Below, piece after piece: positions 27,801 through 35,856 of a stretch of 64,000 nucleotides of DNA; the stretch's first letter is position 1; every line of letters starts with the position of its first letter. Source of the stretch: Candidatus Pacearchaeota archaeon (lineage in GTDB: Archaea; Nanobdellota; Nanobdellia; Pacearchaeales; GW2011-AR1); NCBI GenBank assembly GCA_016188825.1, contig JACPHA010000005.1:45-64044 (forward strand), given 5' to 3'. A model generated the notes under the pieces. That model was given only the letters and a program-made list of their open reading frames with translations, searched no databases and had not been told where the DNA came from. The position numbers and the translations under genes are program-made.

Positions 27801-28742
27801 ACGCTTTCTAACAATGACCCAATCTTGATAAACAACACAGGAAACAAGAATGTAACAAACATTACTATAAATGCGATAAATTTGATTGGTGAGCAGAATG
27901 GTGCTTATAATATTCCTGCGGCGAATTTTACAGTCAGCATAACCGATTCTTGTGATTCCGGAACAATTATGGGAAATAACTCTCAAATTCAAGTTGGCAG
28001 TGCAATTTTGCCGAGAGGGAATAACTCATTAAATTATGGGAACGAAACTTCAGGACAGGAGCAGTTTTACTTTTGTTTGGAAGAAGTTCCGCAAAGCATT
28101 CCTTCACAACCATATTCAACATCTGCAGGAGGCGCATGGACCATAACAATTCTTGCGACAGTGTTTGCTGTTGCCGGGAGCGCTAGAAGAAAGAGGAAGA
28201 AGAAAATTAAGGATGATAAGCTAGTAGATGTTTTGGGCTCGATAATAGACGAGATAAAAGAAAAACATTCTTTGAGTAAGGCAGAAATACTAAACTTGGT
28301 TGTGAAAGAATTAAAAGAGAAGTATAAGATTAGCAATAGTGAGATAGCTGAGATTCTTGAACTGAAGCAGAAGGACAATATTCCAATAACAATATTTTCC
28401 AGCAAACTTGGAGGTTTAGAAGCACTGGTTAAATATTTGAAGGAGAATGTTGAGATGAGATTCAGTGAGATTGCTAAAGTGCTGGGAAGAGATGACAGGA
28501 CGGTATGGACTGCATACAAAAAAGCATCAGAAAAAGAAAAAGAGAGGTTGAAAGTTAAGGAAACAGAAGTTTTGCTGCCGATTTCAATATTTAAAGACAG
28601 GAGAACGACTGTGCTTGAAGCTGCTATAATGCATCTTAAAGAAAAGGGCATGAAATATAGTGAAATAGGAGAATTGCTTGGAAGAGACCAGAGAAATGTC
28701 TGGGCTATTTATTCGAGAGCAGTTAAGAAGTTGAGGAAATAA
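24804..28742 (+). CDS. Giant two-TM surface protein with cytoplasmic C-terminal tandem HTH (cassette 2, gene 1)
   Basis: 1,312 aa paralog of 16630..20934. TM1 ILIPIFFISLFLVVIFLYVFF (~24990-25055). TM2 WTITILATVFAVAG (~28138-28180) followed by SARRKRKKK. Two HTH repeats follow. Several blocks are 100% identical to the cassette-1 gene. Confidence 0.85.
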   Translation: MSKIKNKIFELQEKKREIFVKIAQLKKEKDKSDYNIQLRTYHAQKEWVESEIRREKRKSVRNILIPIFFISLFLVVIFLYVFFKPTLTGFAVFEGVSKIYTKQLDIWENNSEEYTIEINESGRINSVKLSGLIEGDGEVKVYFEDKLILYSNNLKVSETKLINKTLDDNQTQEVEVAIKKFSEICEETCDLSEFNFSSGNYKLRIEINGNAKVRIDNLSYGIFREEKIERGKRAEFVELVEGDIISTEIPESWNIKNKNKIKIYWEEGGKEIDFDVGDNDNDGVIDEVSWTSPQGGTQTFEIIVITKAEHLDSNKEFISDIYEDVRELDGKWSEEIPSGDFVRVKFERKLTNTNDITIYPRKISGNPRIEIYEINGTSTIASFDTLKDNEYNKVFLTSLQGEQDSFDLLVLDGAIEIEHIIDPTQLFFENFEAGNLNNWNNVALWNNASDRKDTGTYSAKCTGANDCDMSLATALDTSTASEVNVTFRFNDDDLDGVGDAPYYWNDSSGNWDLIGELDSATEDTWLTFSNSSTDSQYFHKGFNIRFTTTLDGGGGVENLWLDNINVSYTPDTTPPIVTINQPTPPYVNISTSSVDFNVTIDENGDTARYTLDSGANNVTMQKNGQRDFNHTNSSIADGLYTIRFYVNDTAGNLNDTANRTFTVDTTSPTANYVSPTENSGAARNRDYIEVNVTASDSGVGLDSILIRLYNSSQNQINSSTTTSSPNYINFSGLSDGLYFYNATANDTLNNKVDLTTRNITLDRTFPLISYGVGTADDGANLTQSNIYVNVSVTETNFANITFLLRNDTATVNSTTFTTATYEINWTGLPLTNYTYNVSIYDTAGNFNSTATRKINLSEAALNSAPTITFVSIMPATDPSENTIKNILFNFTATDADGGGNINISTAQARFQLTGQTTRSNLTCANITGVFSSNNMNFTCTVGMWYFDYPGAWTVNVTISDNSAANGENSTTTFTYNTLNAMVMSPNALTWASLSAGALNTLSNNDPILINNTGNKNVTNITINAINLIGEQNGAYNIPAANFTVSITDSCDSGTIMGNNSQIQVGSAILPRGNNSLNYGNETSGQEQFYFCLEEVPQSIPSQPYSTSAGGAWTITILATVFAVAGSARRKRKKKIKDDKLVDVLGSIIDEIKEKHSLSKAEILNLVVKELKEKYKISNSEIAEILELKQKDNIPITIFSSKLGGLEALVKYLKENVEMRFSEIAKVLGRDDRTVWTAYKKASEKEKERLKVKETEVLLPISIFKDRRTTVLEAAIMHLKEKGMKYSEIGELLGRDQRNVWAIYSRAVKKLRK
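28380..28739 (+). other. Tandem HTH domains of the 1,312 aa protein
   Basis: GLEALVKYLKENVEMRFSEIAKVLGRDDRTVWTAYKKASEK and VLEAAIMHLKEKGMKYSEIGELLGRDQRNVWAIYSRAVKKLRK. Confidence 0.7.
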
Positions 28743-28845
28743 TCCATGAGAAAAATAAAATAAGTGACAATCCCTAAATTCCTTTCTAAGTAATTGATTA
28801 CCAAATCTTGATCCTGATTAATATAAAATATTTTATCAAATTATT

Positions 28846-28930
28846 GGCAATAATTAAAATATTAAAAAAACCTTATTTATTATAGTCATAATGGTTATTA
28901 TCAATAATCTATTAAAAAGTTGGCGCGGTA
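28846..28930 (+). promoter_or_regulatory. Conserved ~80 bp upstream element, copy A (~118 nt before the ATG at 29048)
   Basis: ggcaataattaaaatattaaaaaaaccttatttattatagtcataatggttattatcaataatctattaaaaagttggcgcgg aligns with 53664-53743 and 57903-57981. Confidence 0.6.
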
Positions 28931-29047
28931 ATCTTTGGTCAGAAAAAACATTTTAAAGACTAAAGATATTGTTATGTTGTTATAAAATGGAAAAAAGAAA
29001 TAATTAAAAAGGGTTGTTGGTTAATTAAATAAATAAAAAGAGGTTAA

Positions 29048-29983
29048 ATGGACAATAAAAAGAGTGTCTACGGAAAGATTTTGTTTTTGATTTTGATATT
29101 TGCTATTGTTTTTGCCCTTTCTTCGTCTGAATTTTTTAATTGGCCTCTTTCTTTATATAATCTTATCACTGGACGAGCAACAACTAGCACAACAAGTTTG
29201 AATATTAGCGTTACAAATACAGCACCGATAATAACCTTTGTCAGCGCGATTGCTGCGACAGATCCGACCGAAAGCAGCACAGTTAATATCAGAGTTAATT
29301 TTACAGCAAATGATGCCAATGGAGGAAGCGATCTGGATAGGTTTGGTGGGCAAGCAAGATTTCAGTTTACTGGACAGACAACAAGATCCAATTTATCATG
29401 CTCAAATGTAACAGGGGTTTTTAGCAGTAATAATATGAACTTCACTTGCACTGTTGGAATGTGGTATTTTGATGTGCCTGCCAGCTGGACTGCTAATATA
29501 ACTATAAATGATTCGGCAAATGCCAGAGGAGAGAATAGCACAACGACATTTACTTTCAATACATTAAATGCAATGGTTATGTCTCCTACGGCATTAACAT
29601 GGGCTTCTTTAAGTATAACTTCAACAAATGTAGGTTCTAATAATGATCCAATCACAATAAATAACACAGGCAATAAGAACGTGACCAATGTAACTGTTAC
29701 AGGAATTGATCTTCGTGGAGAATCAAATGGTGCATTTGCTATTTTTGCAAGAAATATTTCAGTAAATGCGGTTGATGTTTCGGATGGGTTCCTTATGTTA
29801 AATAATTCTGCTGTTCAAGTTGAAAACGCAACATTATTAAGAGGAAATAACTCATTAAATTATGGGAATGAAACTTCAGGACAGGAGCAGATTTACTTTT
29901 ACGTAGAGGCTCTTAATCCGGATTTAACATCGCAGGCATATTCAACATTGGCCGGAGGTGCATGGACTGTGACATCGCAATAA
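29048..29983 (+). CDS. Secreted Asn-rich protein, free-standing paralog of the upstream ectodomain (cassette 2, gene 2)
   Basis: 311 aa. Signal peptide ILFLILIFAIVFALSSS followed by EFFNW. 29417-29472 is identical (56/56 nt) to 27588-27643 of the upstream gene. No TM or HTH. Confidence 0.8.
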   Translation: MDNKKSVYGKILFLILIFAIVFALSSSEFFNWPLSLYNLITGRATTSTTSLNISVTNTAPIITFVSAIAATDPTESSTVNIRVNFTANDANGGSDLDRFGGQARFQFTGQTTRSNLSCSNVTGVFSSNNMNFTCTVGMWYFDVPASWTANITINDSANARGENSTTTFTFNTLNAMVMSPTALTWASLSITSTNVGSNNDPITINNTGNKNVTNVTVTGIDLRGESNGAFAIFARNISVNAVDVSDGFLMLNNSAVQVENATLLRGNNSLNYGNETSGQEQIYFYVEALNPDLTSQAYSTLAGGAWTVTSQ

Positions 29984-29984
29984 A

Positions 29985-30608
29985 ATGATGAATCACAAAA
30001 GAAATTATTTGCTTATTGGAGCATTATTATTTGTAATTATTTTTGTTTCTTACGTAGAATCAGCAGGAGTTGCTACTTCTTATTGGGAAGGATATGAGCT
30101 TAAAATGGCTCCGGGAGAGACGAGAGAAGTTTCTATGAGACTGCAAAATATGGTCGGAAGTGAAGACCTTACTTTTAGAGCAGAGCTTAAGGAGGGGGGA
30201 GAAATAGCCGTTTTAACAGATGAAAATTTAGATTATTTAGTTCCGCTTGGCAGGAACGATGTTAGAGTTAATTTGAGAATTACAATTCCTCAAGATGCTA
30301 AATTCGGAGATAAATATAATGTAAGGGTTTTGTTTAGAGAGATTAAAAGCGGAGAGGGAAAGACAGTGGAGTTTGCAACGGCCGTTGAAGGTTCTTTCCC
30401 TGTTTTGATTGTTGGAGAGGGCGAGCAGAGTCTTCAGGAAAGTCCTACAACTGGACAAATAACTGCGGAATCAGGAGCAAAAGGAAAAATAGCTATTATT
30501 TTATTAATTATTGCAGGCGTTATTGTAATAATATATTTGATTATTAAGAAAAGAAAAAAGACAGAAGATAAAAAAAGTTCTAAAACAAAGGCAGAGAAGA
30601 AATTTTAA
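29985..30608 (+). CDS. C-terminally anchored single beta-sandwich surface protein (cassette 2, gene 3)
   Basis: 207 aa paralog of 21920..22585. In order: signal peptide, PGETREVSMRLQNMVGSEDLTFRA, linker, TM IAIILLIIAGVIVIIYLII, then KKRKK. The ATG lies 1 nt after the upstream stop. Confidence 0.75.
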   Translation: MMNHKRNYLLIGALLFVIIFVSYVESAGVATSYWEGYELKMAPGETREVSMRLQNMVGSEDLTFRAELKEGGEIAVLTDENLDYLVPLGRNDVRVNLRITIPQDAKFGDKYNVRVLFREIKSGEGKTVEFATAVEGSFPVLIVGEGEQSLQESPTTGQITAESGAKGKIAIILLIIAGVIVIIYLIIKKRKKTEDKKSSKTKAEKKF

Positions 30609-30674
30609 CTGTAATGTTTATTCAATTATATTATAGCCCCCGACATTAATAAAGTCATAAAAATTTGGTTAATT

Positions 30675-30760
30675 ATAGATAATTCCCTTGATTAGTATAG
30701 GGCTTGGGGAATTATCTATCACGAGAATTCTGGACAATTTTTAGACTAATTACCAGAATT
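30675..30760. repeat. Paired-hairpin intergenic element, copy B (inverted relative to copy A)
   Basis: ATAGATAATTCCC (30675-30687) / GGGAATTATCTAT (30707-30719) with a 19 nt loop. GAATTCTGG (30725-30733) / CCAGAATT (30753-30760) with a 19 nt loop. The reverse-complemented loops match copy A at 15/19 and 16/19 positions. Confidence 0.8.
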
Positions 30761-30877
30761 ATCGATATTTATAAGTTTTTCAAAACTCTATATATCTTAC
30801 TTTTTTAATAAGCGCAATAAACAACAATAAATATTGAGAGAGGATAATTTTAAATATTTCTGTTGGTGCTTTCATAG

Positions 30878-32575
30878 ATGAAAAAAGAGGGTTTCATAAT
30901 TTTATTATTGGCAATAGGAGTTTTTTTTATTTTATTATTTTTATTTTATTATAATCTTGACAACTTTAAAAAAGGAAAATTTACAGGGAAAGCAACAAGC
31001 GAGAGTGTTGGACTTAATATAACTGTTGTAGGCTCAATTCCCACACTAACGATAGAAAAACCAAGAAATGAAACATATTTTAATAATCAATCATTAAGAT
31101 TAAAAATAACGAGCAATGGAAATAATTTTTGGTATAATTTAGATAATAATGCAAACACAACATTTAATGGCGATACATATTTTAATACTTCAGAAGGCGC
31201 ACACACGATTTATGTCTTTGCAAATAATTCTGCCGGAATAACAAAGAAAAATGTCAGTTTTTTTGTTAATTTTATGATATATAACATTTCTTTTAGTAAT
31301 TTTATAGGAGCATATGCGGGCAATTCAACCAATTTCAGAGAATTATCATATGAAGAAATGCAAAATCTAAGCAATGTTATACTTGAAAATACTTTGTTCG
31401 GAGGAATGAGATTTATTGATATAATTAATATGACTGCTGATTTTAATATGCATGATAATTTTACTGATATTGACAGTTTTATTAATGTTTCTTTTAATAG
31501 AATTGAATTAAATTCAAGCGGGTTGCCTAATTTTAACAAGAGCGCAGTTTTGACAATTCGTAATTTGTCATTGGCAAATCCGAGAATAGCCAGAGATGGT
31601 GTTGTTTGCCCTTCAACTATTTGCAAGATTATTAGTTATTCAAGTGGAACTCTAACTTTTAATGTTACTGGATTCAGTATTTATAGCGCAGAGGAAACTC
31701 CAGGAGTATCGCTTTCTCCTTCTGGCGGCGGAGGAGGCGGCGGAGGAACAATAGGAGTAGTAAAGAGCATTGGTAAAGAACTTTCAATTGATAAAGAAGA
31801 AATAAAGGTTTCTTTGAAGCAAGGAGAAACAAAGAGAGAGCAGTTTATAATCGAAAACACAGGAGAAGATGAGTTAAAGATATGGATTAATACCAGTAGT
31901 CTTAATGAATTTTTAGTAGTTAAACTAACGCAATTTACCCTTAGGCCAAATGAAAAAATAGTTGTTTTTGTTGACTTCTTTGCCCCTGAGACAACAAATC
32001 CTGATTTGTATTTAGGAAAGATTTTTGTTTCTTCTGGAGAAATTAAGAAAGAAATTCTTGTTTCTCTTGAGGTTGAATCAAAGAAACCATTGTTTGATGT
32101 TGAAGTTGAAATACTAAAAAAGGATTTAAGTTTTGAGCCAGGGGAAGAAATCATTGCAAATATAAAAATTTTTAATTTAGGAGAAATAGGAAGGGTTGAT
32201 GTTGGTGTTAGGTACGTTATAAAAGACGGAGAAGGAAATGTGATAATAGAAGAACTAAAAACCACTGCTGTTGAAACACAAATAAATTTTGTAAAAACCA
32301 TTACGATTCCAGAGGATGCAAAACCAGGGAAGTACGTGTTTTATACTAAAGTAGAATATAACGGAGGCGCAAGCGCAACAACACTTTTTACAATTAAGAA
32401 AAAATCTTTAGATTTTGTAATTTATTATATTGCGGGAGCCATTATATTAATTATTTTGACAGTTGTAATTTTTTACTTAATTCACAGATTAATACATAAG
32501 GAAGTAGAGTTTGCTATGACAGAGAAAAAAGATCATGAAAGAGATCAGAATTTTAAAAGAGAAGGGAATCTTTAA
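30878..32575 (+). CDS. Surface protein with poly-Gly hinge and C-terminal TM anchor (tandem paralog 1)
   Basis: 565 aa. In order: signal peptide, Asn-rich N-domain, SGGGGGGGGT hinge (~31724-31750), beta-sandwich repeats (SLKQGETKREQFIIENTGEDELKI...), TM and a basic tail. Confidence 0.75.
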   Translation: MKKEGFIILLLAIGVFFILLFLFYYNLDNFKKGKFTGKATSESVGLNITVVGSIPTLTIEKPRNETYFNNQSLRLKITSNGNNFWYNLDNNANTTFNGDTYFNTSEGAHTIYVFANNSAGITKKNVSFFVNFMIYNISFSNFIGAYAGNSTNFRELSYEEMQNLSNVILENTLFGGMRFIDIINMTADFNMHDNFTDIDSFINVSFNRIELNSSGLPNFNKSAVLTIRNLSLANPRIARDGVVCPSTICKIISYSSGTLTFNVTGFSIYSAEETPGVSLSPSGGGGGGGGTIGVVKSIGKELSIDKEEIKVSLKQGETKREQFIIENTGEDELKIWINTSSLNEFLVVKLTQFTLRPNEKIVVFVDFFAPETTNPDLYLGKIFVSSGEIKKEILVSLEVESKKPLFDVEVEILKKDLSFEPGEEIIANIKIFNLGEIGRVDVGVRYVIKDGEGNVIIEELKTTAVETQINFVKTITIPEDAKPGKYVFYTKVEYNGGASATTLFTIKKKSLDFVIYYIAGAIILIILTVVIFYLIHRLIHKEVEFAMTEKKDHERDQNFKREGNL

Positions 32576-32599
32576 ATATTTGCCTTGGTGTTTTTTATT

Positions 32600-34237
32600 A
32601 TGAAAAGAGGAGCAATTATTTTTTTGTCAATTATTCTGTTTTTTATTTTGATTTTATTAGAAAGAATTACGATTGCCGCTCCGAACGACGTTGCTTTGCA
32701 AGTTAGTGTTATTGAATCAGTGCCTGGATTGATAATAGAAAAGCCAACCAGCGGAACTTATTTTAGCAATGTTTCTTTGAGATTAAAAATAACGAGCAAC
32801 GGAAATAATTTTTGGTATAATTTAGATAACGGCGCAAACATAACATTTTCAGGAGATACTTATTTTAACACGTCAGAAGGCGCACACACGATTTATGTTT
32901 TTGCAAATAATTCTGCCGGAATAACAAAAAAGAACGTGACTTTTAATGTTAATTTATCAAAATATAGGGTTATCTATGACGAATATAGGAGTTCTAATAA
33001 AGGAACATCAACAAATTTTGACGAGTTTTCCTTTGAGGAAATACAAAGTTTAAGTGGAATTATTCTTGAAAATACGCAATATGGAAAAATTAGTTTTAAT
33101 TCAGAAATAAATGTAACAAACGACGGAGTTAATGATGGAATAACTGACTTGGATTTTAATACAAATGTTTCTTTCAATAGAATTGAAATAAATTCAACAG
33201 GATTGCCGAACTTTGATGTAAATGCGACCTTTAGTTTGTATGGTTTGACTTTTAGCAATCCAAGAATTTTGAAAGATGGAATAGTGTGTGGAGTAGAGTG
33301 TAATATTAATAGTTATTCTGGAGGGAATTTGACTTTTAATGTAACAGGATTTAGTGTTTATAGCGTAGAGGAAACTCCGGCAGGGCAGCCGCCGGCAGGA
33401 AGCAACGAAGGTGGCGGAGGTGGCGGTGGGCAAACTGTCAATTTTAGTATAGACAAAGAAACCATAAGTGTTTCTTTGAAACAAGGGGAAACGAAACGAG
33501 AAGGGTTTATTATTGAAAATTTTGGAGGAAGTGAAATAAGGATAAATATAAATTCTAGTTTAGGAGAATTATTAAGAATAAGAGAAAGTGAAATTAGTTT
33601 AAAGGCCGGAGAAAAGAAAGAGGTTTTTATCGATGTGATTGCTTTGGAAACAACGAATCCTGATTTGTATTTAGGAAAGATTGTTATTTTTTCTGGGACG
33701 AGTTCGAAAGAAATTCTTTTTAGTATAGAAGTAGAGTCAAAAAAACCACTCTTTGACGTCAGTGCAAGGATTTTGGATGAATATTTGAAAGTAAAGCCCG
33801 GAGAGAAATTATTAGTTGAGATAAGTTTATTTAATTTAGCAGGAATTGGAAAAGTTGATGTTCTTTTGGATTATGAGATAAGAGATTCAGAGGGAAATGT
33901 CATTACCAAGGAACAGGAAACAGTCGGAGTTGAAACGCAGACAAAATTTGTCAAGACATTTATTATTCCTGTTGATGAGCAATTAGGGGAATATATTTTT
34001 TACACTGCGGCAAAATATGACGGCCAAACAGGGAGTAGCAGTGCTAGTTTTGAAGTTATTTCTGATAAATACGGATTTAGTTACAGATGGTTAGTTATCT
34101 TGTTTGTTATAATCGTTATTTTATTAGTTATTTTGGCTAGAAAAATTAGACAAGCAAGAAATAGGGGAATTGAGAAGAAAAGAGAGGAGCTAATAAAGGG
34201 CGCCGAGCGGTGGGGAGAAAGTTATAAAGTTAATTAA
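32600..34237 (+). CDS. Surface protein with poly-Gly hinge and C-terminal TM anchor (tandem paralog 2)
   Basis: The ORF track starts at TTG 32585; ATG 32600 (MKRGAIIFLS...) is more plausible. Same architecture as 30878..32575, with long identical DNA stretches (e.g. around 31187-31250 vs 32870-32930). Confidence 0.75.
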   Translation: MKRGAIIFLSIILFFILILLERITIAAPNDVALQVSVIESVPGLIIEKPTSGTYFSNVSLRLKITSNGNNFWYNLDNGANITFSGDTYFNTSEGAHTIYVFANNSAGITKKNVTFNVNLSKYRVIYDEYRSSNKGTSTNFDEFSFEEIQSLSGIILENTQYGKISFNSEINVTNDGVNDGITDLDFNTNVSFNRIEINSTGLPNFDVNATFSLYGLTFSNPRILKDGIVCGVECNINSYSGGNLTFNVTGFSVYSVEETPAGQPPAGSNEGGGGGGGQTVNFSIDKETISVSLKQGETKREGFIIENFGGSEIRININSSLGELLRIRESEISLKAGEKKEVFIDVIALETTNPDLYLGKIVIFSGTSSKEILFSIEVESKKPLFDVSARILDEYLKVKPGEKLLVEISLFNLAGIGKVDVLLDYEIRDSEGNVITKEQETVGVETQTKFVKTFIIPVDEQLGEYIFYTAAKYDGQTGSSSASFEVISDKYGFSYRWLVILFVIIVILLVILARKIRQARNRGIEKKREELIKGAERWGESYKVN

Positions 34238-34249
34238 TTTTAATATGCT

Positions 34250-34290
34250 CAAGAACCAAACACGCCACCTACTTTAGCGGGCGGTTCTTG
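34250..34290 (+). terminator. Hairpin after the 32600..34237 stop
   Basis: CAAGAACC (34250-34257) / GGTTCTTG (34283-34290) around a GC-rich 25 nt loop, followed by an AT-rich tract. The same CAAGAAYC stem sequence recurs at 52067-52123. Confidence 0.3.
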
Positions 34291-34325
34291 GCAAGTTTTA
34301 AATATTTGTTTTATTATCTTTTATT

Positions 34326-35753
34326 ATGAAAAAAGAGATTACAGCATTTTTTATTTTTTTTAGTTTGTTATTATTATTCATAGGTATTGTTAGTGCAATT
34401 GATGAGAATAGTTTGTTGGGAAAAATTATTACCGGGAAAATTGTAAGTGGAAAGGCGACACAGCAACCAGTGAATGTTTCAGTTGTTGTTAGTGGAGGAG
34501 GCAGTGCACCAGTATTGGGCACAATAGAAAATTCAATACTTGTTTGTGAAAACAATGCATTAAGTTATCCAATTAATGCAACTGACATTGACGGAGATAA
34601 TTTGACTTTTAGTATTTCTCCTTCGGTAACTTTTTTTGTTGATCCTGCGGCAAGATATAATGCAACTGTTATGACTTCAAAGATTTTTTCGGGTAATCTA
34701 AAGAAGAGCAATGTAGGGAATCATTCCAGGACTATTTCTGTAACAGATGGAAGTTTTTCTGATAGCAAGCAGACAAATATAACAGTCATTGCTGTGAATA
34801 ATCAACCAACAATGGAAACAATCGGAAATCAAAGCGTTCAAGCAGGAAGCAATTTTTACAAGCAAGTAATGATTAATGATACTGAGGATGGAAATTCAAG
34901 CTCTGGAAATTTGACTTTTAATATAACTTTTATTTCCGGAAATGCAATTTTTAATATAAGCAATCTTGGGGTTATGAATTTTACTACAAATTCTTCGCAC
35001 ATAGGAAGTTATGAGATAAGGGTTTGTGCAAGAGATTTGGGATTGTCAAACCAACACCCGAATATAAGTCTTTGCGGCACAGGAGCGGGTTCGAATAAAA
35101 GTGTTTGCGATAGTTTTAATTTGAGTATTACAGCCGAGCCGGTGAGCGGGCAGGTTTTAAGTGTTGGCGGCGGGGGAGCAACTGGCGGAGCTGTCCAGTG
35201 TGAACCAAAGTGGGGATGTGAGGATTGGGGAACTTGTCAAAACACAAAAGAAGCTCTAAATACCGGGGAATTAAGTGGGGAGGATTACAGAATTGCAAGC
35301 GAGGAGTGTAATGAGAACAATTGGGATAATATTATCTGCGGTTATCAGAGAAGGAATTGTATTGATGTGAAAAATTGTAACACTGGAAAAAATAAGCCAA
35401 ATGAAGCGCAGGGATGTTATTATACTATAAATCCCAGCTGTTTTGATTCTATAAAAAATTGCCACGATGGTAGGTGCGAATTGTTAGTTGATTGCGGCGG
35501 TCCTTGTGGGGTTTGCCCGACATGTTCTGACTTAATACAAAATCAAGGCGAAGAAGGAATTGATTGTGGCGGGCCATGTGCAAATGAGTGTTTGGCTTTT
35601 GCTCCGCCAGGTTTTGACAAATTTGAAAAATTTTTTAATTATTTAATTGCTTTTATTTTTGCTGTTATAGCAATTATTTTAATCGTTGTGTTGGTAATTA
35701 AACTTTATAATGTTTTAATTTTGAAAAAAGGCGAAAGTAACAGACACAGATAA
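34326..35753 (+). CDS. Surface protein: Ig/cadherin-like repeats + Gly hinge + Cys-rich module + TM anchor
   Basis: 475 aa. Signal peptide, then LVCENNALSYPINATDIDGDNLTFSISP-type repeats, a GGGGATGG hinge, a Cys-rich block CEPKWGCEDWGTC...CSDLIQNQGEEGIDCGGPCANEC, and a C-terminal TM. Paralog of 55709..57754. Confidence 0.75.
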   Translation: MKKEITAFFIFFSLLLLFIGIVSAIDENSLLGKIITGKIVSGKATQQPVNVSVVVSGGGSAPVLGTIENSILVCENNALSYPINATDIDGDNLTFSISPSVTFFVDPAARYNATVMTSKIFSGNLKKSNVGNHSRTISVTDGSFSDSKQTNITVIAVNNQPTMETIGNQSVQAGSNFYKQVMINDTEDGNSSSGNLTFNITFISGNAIFNISNLGVMNFTTNSSHIGSYEIRVCARDLGLSNQHPNISLCGTGAGSNKSVCDSFNLSITAEPVSGQVLSVGGGGATGGAVQCEPKWGCEDWGTCQNTKEALNTGELSGEDYRIASEECNENNWDNIICGYQRRNCIDVKNCNTGKNKPNEAQGCYYTINPSCFDSIKNCHDGRCELLVDCGGPCGVCPTCSDLIQNQGEEGIDCGGPCANECLAFAPPGFDKFEKFFNYLIAFIFAVIAIILIVVLVIKLYNVLILKKGESNRHR

Positions 35754-35856
35754 ATTTTATTGTAGGAGAACCATTTTTATCCTTTTATTAGTGTAGATTT
35801 CATAGGAGAAATGCTTATAAAAGGGTTTTACTTGTTTTTAATGTTTAAAAAGGGGG

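Noticed and set aside
28067-28651. Long minus-strand ORFs inside the surface genes (e.g. 28067..28651, 31681..32301, 46155..46682, 36306..36835, 20313..20690).
   Set aside because: All are fully nested antisense to much longer ORFs with clear domain structure and paralogs. Their translations are Ser/Leu/Phe/Ile low-complexity strings typical of the reverse frames of Asn/Glu/Lys-rich coding DNA.
28891-28956. A micro-ORF (MVIINNLLKSWRGNLWSEKTF) inside conserved upstream element copy A; copies B and C encode similar residues (IINNRLKS, IVNNLLKYW).
   Set aside because: Only copy A has an ATG. Copy B has an in-frame stop after 10 codons, and copy C has no canonical start. The conservation is therefore more likely at the DNA/RNA level.
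12602-30760. The island as a classical integrated mobile element bounded by the inverted hairpin repeats and mobilised by the XerA-like recombinase.
   Set aside because: The segment between the repeats starts with housekeeping genes (aspS, a phosphoesterase). No integrase or transposase lies inside it, and no target-site duplication was seen. The xerA-like gene is 11.6 kb away beside topA. The repeats are reported as a finding, but the mobile-element interpretation is not supported.
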